From assembly GCA_965220055.1 (NCBI GenBank), contig CBDCPE010000003.1, positions 19,374 through 83,373 of the forward strand: 64,000 bases of DNA, in the 5' to 3' direction. The notes beneath the pieces were generated by a model. That model saw only the letters and a program-made list of their open reading frames with translations. It searched no databases and was not told the DNA's origin. The position numbers and the translations under genes were made by a program. Source of the DNA: Dehalococcoidia bacterium. Its GTDB lineage: Bacteria > Chloroflexota > Dehalococcoidia > Lucifugimonadales > UBA3495. Below are positions 17,921 through 27,735 of the stretch, one piece after another. Each line of letters starts with the position of its first letter. Positions within the stretch are counted from its first letter, which is position 1.

Positions 17921-18581
17921 ATGAGAGCATACGTTTATGGCGACGAATCAGGCAATTTTGATTTCAGCGATCAGGAGGGAGCCAGCAGATATTTCATTCT
18001 GACCACGGTCACGGTGGTCGACCGTGCAATCGAATCGGATCTGCTGGACCTACGGCGTGAACTGGCCTGGGAGGGCGAATCGCTGGCCGGCGGCTTCCAC
18101 GCCACCAACGATAAGCAGCGCGTCCGCGACCGAGTTTTTACCGTCCTCGGTCGGTACGATTTCAGGATGGACGCCACGATTTTGGAAAAGCGCAAAGCGG
18201 ATCCAAGGATACGCCCCACGCCAGCGTTGTTCTATGGGTTCACTTGGGTACTACCATTTGACTGGTCTAGGCCCGGTTCTGGCCTCCGGTGCTGACGAAA
18301 TCTTGGTAGTAGCGGCATCCGTCGGAACCAACGAAATGCGTTCCGACTTTGTTTCGGCCGTCAACACTATTGCCAGCGCTATTGCTCCCACAGTCAATAT
18401 GAGACCGGCCATGTGGCTGGCCGCGTCAAACCCAATATTGCAAGTCGCAGACTATTGCGCTTGGGGGGTGGGACGGAAATGGGAGCGCGCCGACACCCGA
18501 GCCTATGCCCTGATCGCACACCAGGTGGCATCGGAGTTTGACGTTTTTCAGGGTGGAACAACCACCTACTACTGGGCATAA
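17921..18581 (+). pseudogene. DUF3800 family gene split by a single-base frameshift
   Basis: N-part YVYGDESGNFDF.. (frame of 17921) and C-part ..EILVVAAS..ILQVADYCAWGV.. (frame of 18024) overlap around 18225-18260. Together they make one DUF3800-like protein. Confidence 0.65.
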
Positions 18582-18631
18582 AAAGCGAGCCGGCTATCCG
18601 ATTGTTTGCGAGAGCGGCCAACTCTCATCGG

Positions 18632-18650
18632 AAGAGGCCCCGGGCCTCTT
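18632..18650. terminator. Short GC hairpin (possible terminator)
   Basis: AAGAGGCC-CCG-GGCCTCTT. There is no clear U tract. Confidence 0.3.
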
Positions 18651-18763
18651 GTCGCCAGCTCAGTACCACCAATACCGTACTATTCGACCGACGGCGTCAA
18701 GTATAATGACCGCGGACGCTGGCTCCTGGTGAGCCCTGAGACGCCGCCTACGGACTAACCACC

Positions 18764-20629
18764 ATGTACGTCATCGGAACCGCCGGGCATGTAGACCACG
18801 GCAAATCGACGCTGGTCAAGGCTTTGACCGACATTGATCCTGACCGCCTTCCGGAAGAGAAGGAACGGGAGATGACCGTCGACCTCGGCTTTGCCTGGAT
18901 GACGCTGCCCAGCGGGCGGGAAGTCAGCATCGTCGACGTGCCGGGACACGAGCGGTTCATCAAGAATATGCTGGCCGGCGTGGGCGCGATCGACCTGGCG
19001 ATGCTCATAGTCGCCGCCGACGAAAGCGTGATGCCCCAGACCAGGGAGCACCTGGCGATCCTCGACATTCTGCGCATCCGGCGTGGCATGGTGGTCATCA
19101 CCAAGACCGACCTGGTCGATGACGAGTTGGTGGAACTGGTAAAGGCGGAGGTTGAGGACACCCTGGTCGGCACCGTTTTCGAGGGTTGCCCGATGACGCC
19201 GGTGTCCGCTTACACGGGCGCGGGCCTCGACGACCTGAAATCGATGATTGACGACATTCTGAACGACACCGAAACCCGCCGCGACCTGGGCCGGCCTCGC
19301 CTTCCCATCGACCGCTGTTTCACGGTGAGCGGGTTTGGGACTGTGATCACCGGAACATTGATCGACGGTTCGGTGGCGGTGGGACAGCAGATTGAGCTGG
19401 CTCCGTCGGGCCGGCAGGCGCGGATCCGCGGGTTGCAGAGCCACAAATCGCGCCTCGACGCGGCCTCGCCCGGAGTACGATTGGCCCTGAACCTGTCGGG
19501 CATTTCCCGTGACGACGTCATGCGCGGCGAGGTGCTCACCAACCCGGGCTGGCTGCGGCCCACCCGCCGGTTCGACGCCAATCTGCGCATGGTGAAGGGC
19601 GCGCCCCACGCCATGAAGCACAACGAGGGTGTCACCTTCCACCTGTTCACCAGCGAGACCACCGGTCGGGTTCGCCTCCTGGACGCAGACCGGCTTCAAC
19701 CGGGGAGCGAAGGGTGGGTGCAGGTGCTGCTCGACGACCCGGTGCCGATGGTGAAGGGCGACTTCTTCGTCCTTCGGTCATCCGAGGATACCCTGGGCGG
19801 CGGGCAGGTGGCCGACCCCAACCCGCGTCGCCGGCACCGCCGTTTCGCTCCCGAGGTGCTGGACCGGCTGACCACACTGGACGCCGGAGCCAGCGAGGAC
19901 GTCATCCTGACCATCGCGGACCAGATGGGTGCGTGTGACCTGAGAACCCTGTCCCAGCGCTCCAACATTTCCGAAGAGGAGATCCTGGAGCGCCTCGGCT
20001 TGTTGATCGATTCGGAAGAGATCGTGGCGCTGGGCGAGATGGGAGCCCAGGCCGATGCGGTGGTGTACTCCCGGCGCGGCTGGGATATATTGCGAAATCA
20101 GGCCCAGGTCGCGCTGCAGGCGTACCACAACCAGTACCCCCTGCGTCGGGGCGCGCCTCCACAGGAGCTGCGCAGCCGGTTGCGGGTTTCGCAGCCGGTG
20201 TACCTTCGCGCCGCCGCGAGACTGGTGGATGAAGGCGCGATCGCCGAGGACAGCAGGCTGATGCGCGCCCCGGATCATCGCGTGGAACTGAGCGATAATC
20301 AGCAAACCGAAATTGCCCAGTACCTGGCTACCCTCGCCGCCGAACCCTGGTCGCCGCCGACCGACCAGTCCCCGGATCCGGAACTGCTGTCCCATCTTCA
20401 GGAACGGGGCGACGTGGTGAAGGTCAACGAATCGGTGGTGTTCACCGCCGCGGCCTACGAGGATATGGCGCGCCGCATCATTGAACACCTGAATGCCAAC
20501 GGGAGTGTGACCGTGGCCGACGCGCGGACCATCTTTGGCACCAGCCGCAAATACGTCCTGCCGCTGCTGGAATACCTGGACCAGCAGCGCATCACCAGGC
20601 GCGTTGGCGACGAACGGGTGCTGCGGTAG
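18764..20629 (+). CDS. selB: Selenocysteine-specific translation elongation factor
   Basis: EF-Tu-like GTPase (GHVDHGKST, DVPGHERF, TKTD) plus C-terminal winged-helix repeats ending ..SRKYVLPLLEYLDQQRITRRVGDERV. Confidence 0.9.
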   Translation: MYVIGTAGHVDHGKSTLVKALTDIDPDRLPEEKEREMTVDLGFAWMTLPSGREVSIVDVPGHERFIKNMLAGVGAIDLAMLIVAADESVMPQTREHLAILDILRIRRGMVVITKTDLVDDELVELVKAEVEDTLVGTVFEGCPMTPVSAYTGAGLDDLKSMIDDILNDTETRRDLGRPRLPIDRCFTVSGFGTVITGTLIDGSVAVGQQIELAPSGRQARIRGLQSHKSRLDAASPGVRLALNLSGISRDDVMRGEVLTNPGWLRPTRRFDANLRMVKGAPHAMKHNEGVTFHLFTSETTGRVRLLDADRLQPGSEGWVQVLLDDPVPMVKGDFFVLRSSEDTLGGGQVADPNPRRRHRRFAPEVLDRLTTLDAGASEDVILTIADQMGACDLRTLSQRSNISEEEILERLGLLIDSEEIVALGEMGAQADAVVYSRRGWDILRNQAQVALQAYHNQYPLRRGAPPQELRSRLRVSQPVYLRAAARLVDEGAIAEDSRLMRAPDHRVELSDNQQTEIAQYLATLAAEPWSPPTDQSPDPELLSHLQERGDVVKVNESVVFTAAAYEDMARRIIEHLNANGSVTVADARTIFGTSRKYVLPLLEYLDQQRITRRVGDERVLR

Positions 20630-20677
20630 GCGCTGCCTCCCGGTTAGCGTCGGAGCCCGGTTAGAGTCAGATCTACT

Positions 20678-21904
20678 ATGGCGTTGGATTTCGGCCAAAC
20701 GGCCAACCAGATGATGTCGGCCATGGGCCACCTGTCGGGTACGGCTCGGTCGAGAAGGCAACGGTTCGCGGACACGCTGGACCGTGCTTTGGCGATAAGC
20801 CCTGATGAGGCTGCCCAGCGCACTGCGTCTGCGGGAAGCCGCCCGTTCATCGTGGCGCGGACGGGGGTTGAGGGCCTGTTGGCCAGTATCCCGCCACCTC
20901 CCGCCCCACAGGATTGGACGGCGATTTCCGTCGACGGTTCCCACATCGACGTGGACCGGCATCTCCCTCTGCGTTGTTACCTCATTAACCTGGGTGGCTG
21001 CGCCATAACCTACGGCGCGAACCCTGGTTGCCAGTTTTTCAGCGAGCCCACCCTGGCCACCGGCGACGACGACCTGTACCTGCGGCCCGACGACGGTTCA
21101 GACGGAGAAACGCTTATCTCCGGCCCGTTGCTCGGCGCGCTGCGGACGGTCCGGGAGGTTGAAAGGCTGGCCGATGCTGTCGATGCATCGTCTCCGGCCA
21201 TGCCCGTCGTGGCGCTGCTGGACGGCACGCTGGCTTTCTGGGACATCCAGCGCGGAAACTACCGCAAGTACGTCACGGATATCCTGATCGGCGATCGTCT
21301 GCACCGAGCGTTGGCCCGATTGCGGGAGGCCTCCCGCAGTGGCCGTCGCGTGGCGCTGGCCGCGTACACTTCACGTCCTCAAACCACCGAGGTCGCCGGA
21401 GCCGTTCGCGCCTGCCTGTGCGTCAGCAACGGGGTGGAGTGCACGCGACGCTGCAGTTCGCGTCGTTCCGATCTGGCCCAGTGTGACGGCGCGGCGGGTT
21501 TCAATGACCGGGAGTTGTTCGACGCGCTGCTGGAGCCGGGTCACCGCTCCCCGCTCTATCAGACGGGCCGCCGTGCATCGCATTTCGCCCTGGACCTGGC
21601 GGTGGGCACGGAATGGAGCCGGTTCTACTACGTGAACAGCGGCACAGAGGTGGCGCGGGTAGAGGTGCCCGACTGGGTCGCTGAAGAACCCGAACTGCTC
21701 GCGATGGGACACGCCATGCTGGCGAAACAGTGCGAGCTTGGGTTGGGGTATCCGGTGGTGATTTCGGAAGCTCACGAGCAGGCCGTTGTCAGCGGTCGCG
21801 ACCGCGAGGAGTTTCGCAAACTGGCCCTGATGCTGATGGAGCAAAACGGTCTGCCAACGCCGGAATCGGCCAAGACCGTTTCGAAAAGGTTGCCGTGGGT
21901 GTGA
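20678..21904 (+). CDS. NurA-domain nuclease-like protein
   Basis: ..ISVDGSHIDVD.., ..LLDGTLAFWD.., ..YTSRP.., ..ARVEVPDWV.., ..GYPVVISEAHEQAVV are typical NurA-domain blocks. Confidence 0.7.
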   Translation: MALDFGQTANQMMSAMGHLSGTARSRRQRFADTLDRALAISPDEAAQRTASAGSRPFIVARTGVEGLLASIPPPPAPQDWTAISVDGSHIDVDRHLPLRCYLINLGGCAITYGANPGCQFFSEPTLATGDDDLYLRPDDGSDGETLISGPLLGALRTVREVERLADAVDASSPAMPVVALLDGTLAFWDIQRGNYRKYVTDILIGDRLHRALARLREASRSGRRVALAAYTSRPQTTEVAGAVRACLCVSNGVECTRRCSSRRSDLAQCDGAAGFNDRELFDALLEPGHRSPLYQTGRRASHFALDLAVGTEWSRFYYVNSGTEVARVEVPDWVAEEPELLAMGHAMLAKQCELGLGYPVVISEAHEQAVVSGRDREEFRKLALMLMEQNGLPTPESAKTVSKRLPWV

Positions 21905-21964
21905 CAACGTCGTCCACCGAGCGGTTGACCACCCCAATTGACAGATTACACAGGAGGAACCTGA

Positions 21965-22450
21965 ATGGGTGAGTTGAATGACCTGGCCGCGTCGGTTGCG
22001 GCTTTGCTGAAAGAGCGCGGAGACACCCTGGCGGTGTCGGAATCTTCGTGCGGCGGCCTGATCTCGGCCGCGCTGGTGTCGATACCGGGCGCGTCCGATT
22101 ACTACGTAGGGGGCTCGGTGGTATACACGCGGGTGGCCCAGAAAGGATTGCTGCAGGTGCCGGATTCCGCGATGGAGGGTCACCGCGCCAGCACGGAATT
22201 TTACGCCCTGCTGAATGCCCGTACCTCCCGAGAAAGGCTGGAGACCACCTGGGGCCTGGCGGAAACGGGGGCCAGCGGACCCACGGGCAACCGCTACGGC
22301 GACAACTATGGTCATGCGTGCTTCGGCGTCGCGGGGCCGGCGGAACGCTCGCAGACGCTGGAGACCGGCAGCCCCGACCGCGAGGCGAACATGTGGGTCT
22401 TCGCGCGGACGGCTCTCGCCCTGCTGGAGGACGCGCTGAAAGCGGCCTGA
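21965..22450 (+). CDS. CinA C-terminal domain / nicotinamide-nucleotide amidohydrolase-like protein
   Basis: LAVSESSCGGLISAALVSIPGASDYYVGGSVVY is the CinA/PncC signature. Confidence 0.8.
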   Translation: MGELNDLAASVAALLKERGDTLAVSESSCGGLISAALVSIPGASDYYVGGSVVYTRVAQKGLLQVPDSAMEGHRASTEFYALLNARTSRERLETTWGLAETGASGPTGNRYGDNYGHACFGVAGPAERSQTLETGSPDREANMWVFARTALALLEDALKAA

Positions 22451-22481
22451 CACTCTCCTGGCCGTGTCCTTTGGCTTGCCT

Positions 22482-23819
22482 TCAGGGACCCAGCGCGGCC
22501 AGGTATTCGGACAACTCCTCCACCGCCGTGAACTCGGCGGCGGTGCGCAGGAAATCGCCAAGGGTTGGGCTGTGCCGGCGCAGTTCTTCGACCTGATGCC
22601 CGACGACGCTCGCGCCAGCCGCGCCGGTGGTGGCGTACGTGCCGTGGAACGCGAAGTACGCCTGGTTCAGCTTGCGCAAACGGTATCCGTTGGCTACGAA
22701 CTCCTTACGCCGGTCCTCCATGTACGATTCGGCCCGGTCCACCTCGCCGGCGGCTAGCAGTTCGTCGACGCGGATTCTGGTGGTGCGCATCTCTTCCTGG
22801 AAATCAAAACGGGGCCCACTGTCGTCGGGAGTGCTATCGGTTGCCGGCTGCTGGTGAAAGTGCGTACCGACTGCGTTTGGCGCATGCCGGGCCAGCCGCG
22901 CTCTGGTCAGCGCTCCGATCTCTTTGCCGGCGATATCGGCCACCGTTTCGTTCATCGTGGTCAGGTCGCCGCCTTCAAAATACCTGCGGCCCAGGGGACG
23001 GAACCAGAGCCAATGGTGTACCCATTCGTGGGCGGCAACCTCCAGCGCAAAGTCTAGGCCGGCGTAGGGAACTACGATGGACGGGTACAGCGCGATGCCC
23101 CCGGTGTCCAGCACCAGCGCGGACAAGTCGGTACGGTCTTCCACCCGTGTTTCCACGTAACCCCGCTGCTCGTTGGTCAGGCCGGTTCGCAGGGTTACAG
23201 TGTCCTGGCGCTCGATGCGGTCACGAGGAGAGGTGACCAGAATCCCAGGGGACGCGGTCAATACCGTGTCCACCGGCGGGAATGGGCCGGTCCAGGCCCG
23301 AAAGCCCAACGACTCGAGAGTTTCCGCGATCGTCGTTTCCAGGGTCTCCTCGACCGTTGAGCGCAGGCGGTCGCGGCGTTCCAGGAGACTGGCCTGCCGC
23401 TCCTCAAGGGTGGCGATGCCATCCGTAACCTCCGGCGTGACCGGCATTCTGGTTTCCAGCTCCAGCAACTGTTGATCGATGGACCGCAGGGATTGGTTCA
23501 CCGCGAAAAATTCGTGCGCGTCCGCCATCCGCTGTTCGTATCCGGGAGCTCGCGCCAGGGCTGTTGGGACCTCGACCAACCGCCTGATCCATTTGTCGGG
23601 CAGGTTGGCCAGTTCCCATGCGGCAGCGCTGAACCGGTATGGAGCGGTTGCGTACGTAATTTCATTGCGTTTGAAACCCGCCACCGGTATCAGAACCGCG
23701 CAGAGGCAACCCAGGGCCGTCAGCCGCCAACACGTGGACAGCCAACGCGGTGGCCATTGGCGAGTCGGTGCGGCGGATTGTTGGCGGGTCAATTGACAGC
23801 TCTTGATAGCAAAGGGCAA
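22482..23819 (-). CDS. Membrane-anchored putative zinc metalloprotease-like protein (HExxH)
   Basis: N-terminal TM segment. HEWVHH motif followed by ..NETVADIAG.. Family not recognised. Confidence 0.55.
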   Translation of the reverse strand: MPFAIKSCQLTRQQSAAPTRQWPPRWLSTCWRLTALGCLCAVLIPVAGFKRNEITYATAPYRFSAAAWELANLPDKWIRRLVEVPTALARAPGYEQRMADAHEFFAVNQSLRSIDQQLLELETRMPVTPEVTDGIATLEERQASLLERRDRLRSTVEETLETTIAETLESLGFRAWTGPFPPVDTVLTASPGILVTSPRDRIERQDTVTLRTGLTNEQRGYVETRVEDRTDLSALVLDTGGIALYPSIVVPYAGLDFALEVAAHEWVHHWLWFRPLGRRYFEGGDLTTMNETVADIAGKEIGALTRARLARHAPNAVGTHFHQQPATDSTPDDSGPRFDFQEEMRTTRIRVDELLAAGEVDRAESYMEDRRKEFVANGYRLRKLNQAYFAFHGTYATTGAAGASVVGHQVEELRRHSPTLGDFLRTAAEFTAVEELSEYLAALGP

Positions 23820-24061
23820 GTCAGGGTGCAGTGCTCGGTCTCATGGTGAATCGGTCTGATGGTCAATCAACTGCGGCCGGCAAATGATAGACGACCAGAC
23901 CGGAGGTGGTTGGCGCGATTGCCATGAATTGTAAGGGTCTGGCGCCGTAGAACGCGAACCGTTTACGGAGAGACGCCGGAGCGGCTCATCCGCGCGATGG
24001 CCCAGTCTGGGCGGGAGTGCTAGAATGATGTCCGGTCCCATCCTCGTCTTGGAGCAAGCCC

Positions 24062-24655
24062 ATGAGCACGTCATCATCGTCATCAGAGCAGCGCCGCAAG
24101 CGGGTATACACCAAGTACGGCGACCAGGGCGAAACCAGTTTGCTGTACGGCGGTCGCGTTTCCAAGGCCAACCCCCATACGGAGGCCTACGGGATCACCG
24201 ACGAAGCGGTCAGCCTGATGGGCCTCGCCCGGGCACTCACCGACGACGACAAGGTCAAGAACATCCTGCGCGACCTGCAGCGGGAACTGTTCACCGTCGC
24301 CGCCGAATTGGCCACCGACCCCGAAAAGTACGATCTGTTCCACCAACACTTCAAGCCGGTTACCGAGGAGATGGTGGACAAACTGGAAGAGATCATCGAC
24401 GAACTGGAAACGCACTTCCAGATGCCCCAGGTCTTCATCCTGCCGGGAGGAACGCCCTCGTCGTCGGCTATGGACTCGGCGCGAACCGTGATCCGCACCG
24501 CCGAGCGGCGGGTGGTTTCCCTGTCCGAGGTTGGTGGCCTGACCAATCCCCTGATTCTCGCCTACCTGAACCGGCTGGGCGACCTGCTGTTCGTGTTGGC
24601 GCGGTACCACGACCGGGACATTCCCATCGAGCGCGCCACTGGCGACCGCGTGTAG
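24062..24655 (+). CDS. PduO-type ATP:cob(I)alamin adenosyltransferase
   Basis: ..VYTKYGDQGETSLLYGGRVSK....EAYG..DE is the classic PduO-type N-terminus. Confidence 0.85.
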   Translation: MSTSSSSSEQRRKRVYTKYGDQGETSLLYGGRVSKANPHTEAYGITDEAVSLMGLARALTDDDKVKNILRDLQRELFTVAAELATDPEKYDLFHQHFKPVTEEMVDKLEEIIDELETHFQMPQVFILPGGTPSSSAMDSARTVIRTAERRVVSLSEVGGLTNPLILAYLNRLGDLLFVLARYHDRDIPIERATGDRV

Positions 24656-24662
24656 GTCCGGC

Positions 24663-25301
24663 ATGTCCTCGGCGGACGCTCCCCAGGCGCGCATAGTCGT
24701 CATCGACTACGAATCGGGGAACCTGCGCAGCGTGGCGCGCGCCGTGGAAAAGGCCGGCGTCGTTCCCGACGTATCCTCCGACCCGAAAGCGCTGGACACG
24801 GCCGACGGGGTCATACTGCCCGGCGTCGGATCGGGGCCGGCGGCGATGGCCGCGCTGGCATCTCGCGGGCTGGTCAGCCCGTTGCTGGGCTATATCGCCA
24901 GCGGGCGGCCATTCCTGGGGGTTTGCCTGGGCTTGCAGCTGCTCTTGGACGCCACCGACGAGGGCGACGCCGACTGCCTGGGACTGGTTGCCGGCCGGGT
25001 GCGGCGGTTGCCCAACGGCCTGAAGGTGCCGCACATGGGATGGAACACAGTGGAGTTCCAGCGGGAGCACCCGTTGTGGCAGGGCATACCCCAGGGCAGT
25101 CACTTTTACTTCGTGCACAGCTACTATGCCGACCCGGTTGCCAGAGCCGACGTGGCCGGCGTCACCGAGTACGGCGTCCCGTTCTGTAGCATATACGCCC
25201 GCGACAACGTTGTGGCAACGCAGTTTCACCCCGAAAAGAGTGGCGATAACGGCCTGCGCATCTATGCCAACTTCATCACGCAGGTCGCTACGACGCAGTA
25301 G
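24663..25301 (+). CDS. hisH: Imidazole glycerol phosphate synthase, glutaminase subunit
   Basis: ..VIDYESGNLRSV..LPGVG..FLGVCLGLQLL..VPHMGWN..YFVHSY..QFHPEKS. Confidence 0.9.
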   Translation: MSSADAPQARIVVIDYESGNLRSVARAVEKAGVVPDVSSDPKALDTADGVILPGVGSGPAAMAALASRGLVSPLLGYIASGRPFLGVCLGLQLLLDATDEGDADCLGLVAGRVRRLPNGLKVPHMGWNTVEFQREHPLWQGIPQGSHFYFVHSYYADPVARADVAGVTEYGVPFCSIYARDNVVATQFHPEKSGDNGLRIYANFITQVATTQ

Positions 25302-25340
25302 CTTCCCATCGGCGGAAAAGAGAGCAGGGTAACCAGTCTC

Positions 25341-26060
25341 ATGGAAATCATTCCCGCAATCGACCTGCGCGGCGGCAACTGCGTCCGGCTTTACCAGGGC
25401 GACTACGACCAGGAGACGATATTCTCCGATGACCCGCTGGGTGTCGCCGAGCGGTGGCAGGCCGAGGGCGGACAGCGGCTGCACATCGTCGACCTGGACG
25501 GCGCGCACTCCGGCAATCCCGCCAACCTTGCCGCCATCACCGCTATCACGGGAAGGCTGACGATCCCGGTGCAGGTCGGCGGGGGTATCCGCAGCGTAGA
25601 CACGGCCGCCGGCCTGTTTGACGCCGGCGCGGCTCGCGTGGTGGTCGGCACCGCCGCCGTCGCCGACCCTCAGCTGGTGGAAGACCTGTGCCAGCGCTTC
25701 GGCAGCGAGCGGGTGGTGGTAGCGCTGGACGCACGCAACGGCCTCGTGGCAATTCGGGGCTGGACCGAAATGTCCGAGATCAGCGCCCTTGAATTGGCCG
25801 GGCGGATGCGTGATCTGGGCGTGGAGCGCCTGCTCTACACCGACATCTCGCGGGACGGCACCCTGGAAGAACCGAACTACGAGGCTACGGCGGCCCTGGT
25901 GCGGGACAGCGGGATGCTGGTCCTGTCGGCCGGCGGCGTGGGAGCGGCAGTGCACGTGGAGAAACTGATCGACACCGGTGCGGAGGCAGCCATAATCGGG
26001 CGCGCTCTCTATACGGGCGATATCACCGTGGCCGCTGCGTTGGCGGCGGCGCACGCTTGA
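25341..26060 (+). CDS. hisA: ProFAR isomerase
   Basis: MEIIPAIDLRGGNCVRLYQGDY..LHIVDLDGA..VQVGGGIRS.. Confidence 0.9.
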   Translation: MEIIPAIDLRGGNCVRLYQGDYDQETIFSDDPLGVAERWQAEGGQRLHIVDLDGAHSGNPANLAAITAITGRLTIPVQVGGGIRSVDTAAGLFDAGAARVVVGTAAVADPQLVEDLCQRFGSERVVVALDARNGLVAIRGWTEMSEISALELAGRMRDLGVERLLYTDISRDGTLEEPNYEATAALVRDSGMLVLSAGGVGAAVHVEKLIDTGAEAAIIGRALYTGDITVAAALAAAHA

Positions 26061-26088
26061 TGCTGGGGCCAACGCCCCGGAAAACGGA

Positions 26089-26712
26089 TCAGACTACGGC
26101 GGCCGCAACGGCATCGTCGTCGCCGACCGCGGCGCCGCCCCGTTGGTCCAGGTACTGTTGGCGCAACGCCAGGCGATCGGCCGAGGTCTCGTCCCAATCG
26201 TCCCGGAAGACTTCCATCAGGATGAAGTCGCGGGACATTCGGCGGACGTTGCGCACCGGATCGAAACCGGAGCGTTCGAAGCACTTCTGCGCCCGGTGGT
26301 TCCACTCAAGGGTGTGGAGATATACCCGCTTGAGCCGCAGGTCGTCGAACATGTGGTGGAGCAGAGTGACGACGGCGTCGTAACCGTACCCACCGCTCCA
26401 GTAGTCCCGGTCTCCGATTACTATCCCCAACTCGGCTTCCTTGGAAAGGCTGTCGAGGTCGTAGTACATGCAGTTGCCGATGAACTTGCCTCCGGCAACC
26501 TCGATGGCGAAGTGATGCGAGCCTGGCGTCGGCCAGCGCATCTGGTCCTCGAAGAGCTTGAGGTATCGCTCGTACTTCATGGTCAGCGGGTAGGCGGCAT
26601 CGAGCCGGGCGATCTCCGGATCGCTGCGCCAGATGTAGTCCTTCTCCGCGTCTTCTATGCGCTTGCCCCGGAGGAGCACGCGGACTCCCCGCAAAACCAA
26701 GTCCTTGCTCAT
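26089..26712 (-). CDS. GNAT family N-acetyltransferase (RimJ/RimL-like)
   Basis: Start at MSKDLVLRG. Its ATG overlaps the NUDIX stop (ATGA). Acetyltransf_3-like pattern ..GYGYDAV..L..HMF..L.L.RVYLHTLEWNHRAQKCFERSGF. Confidence 0.8.
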   Translation of the reverse strand: MSKDLVLRGVRVLLRGKRIEDAEKDYIWRSDPEIARLDAAYPLTMKYERYLKLFEDQMRWPTPGSHHFAIEVAGGKFIGNCMYYDLDSLSKEAELGIVIGDRDYWSGGYGYDAVVTLLHHMFDDLRLKRVYLHTLEWNHRAQKCFERSGFDPVRNVRRMSRDFILMEVFRDDWDETSADRLALRQQYLDQRGGAAVGDDDAVAAAVV

Positions 26713-27290
26713 TGCTCCGCGCCTCGCCGGTAGGAATCTATCAACGACCGGGCCGCTTCCAACACCTCGCGCTCGTTGTCGTATTCCAGCAGGTCCACCG
26801 CCTCTTCGTAACTGCACCATTCCACCACGTCGAATTCTGCGTCGTGTTCCGAGGTGCTGCCGCCCATGGGTTCCATGAGGTAGAAGTAAACGGTCTTATC
26901 GTACCGAACGCCGTCGTCGTGGCCAACGAAGAAATACCGGATGCTGGTTATGGGAGCCAGGAGATTGACGTCGACGCCGGTTTCCTCCCTGACCTCTCTG
27001 CAGGCGGTCTGTTCTACGGTTTCTCCCCGTTCCGGCGTTCCTTTGGGCAATCGCCAGGTCAACGGCACATCCTCGCCGTGGTAGCCGGGACGCACGCGGG
27101 CGCACAGCAAGGTCTCGATCAGGTCGCCGGTCTCGCGGAACACCAGCCCGCCGGCCGACGCCACCTTCACGTTGGAGCGGGATCCGGTCACACAAGGATC
27201 GGACACCGCGGGCATGTCGTCATCGTCAAGGCCGAAACCGGCGCCGGCAACTCGCCGCTCATCGTCTGGAAGAAGCGTGGGGTTGGTCAT
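26709..27290 (-). CDS. NUDIX hydrolase
   Basis: Nudix box GTPERGETVEQTACREVREETGV. Confidence 0.8.
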   Translation of the reverse strand: MTNPTLLPDDERRVAGAGFGLDDDDMPAVSDPCVTGSRSNVKVASAGGLVFRETGDLIETLLCARVRPGYHGEDVPLTWRLPKGTPERGETVEQTACREVREETGVDVNLLAPITSIRYFFVGHDDGVRYDKTVYFYLMEPMGGSTSEHDAEFDVVEWCSYEEAVDLLEYDNEREVLEAARSLIDSYRRGAEQ

Positions 27291-27412
27291 AGTGTTGGAG
27301 TCTGCAAAAACATATTCCAGCCATTGTAGCCTTAGGGCCGGGACGGGTCAAACGGCCCGCCCGGCCGGCAAGCCCTGCTGGGCCGCCGGGGCGGCCAGTC
27401 GGCCTGCGACGC

Positions 27413-27676
27413 CTATCCGCCGCCGATGGCCGGAACGAAGTGTACCTCAGCGTCTTCGCCGACCCTCTGCAGCAGTCCCATGCGGGCTACTTCGCCATCC
27501 ACCGCGACCGCCAGGTTGGACCGGATATCACCGTCTTCCATCAACCGGTTGGCGATGCCGGGGAACTGCTCGTCCAGTTGCTCGATCACCTGGCGTACGT
27601 TGCGGGCGGTAACTTCGACTTCCTTCACTCCACCGGTGGCCGTCTGCAGCATGGTTGGCACAAACACTCTGACCAT
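27413..27676 (-). CDS. MoaD/ThiS-family ubiquitin-like sulfur-carrier protein (C-terminal GG)
   Basis: 87 aa starting MVRVFVPTML.., ending ..VHFVPAIGGG. RBS present. Confidence 0.7.
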   Translation of the reverse strand: MVRVFVPTMLQTATGGVKEVEVTARNVRQVIEQLDEQFPGIANRLMEDGDIRSNLAVAVDGEVARMGLLQRVGEDAEVHFVPAIGGG

Positions 27677-27735
27677 GATCCTCACCGCCTTGTTTTGATA
27701 TTGCACACCATCATACGTCGGCAACCGGGTCAGGC

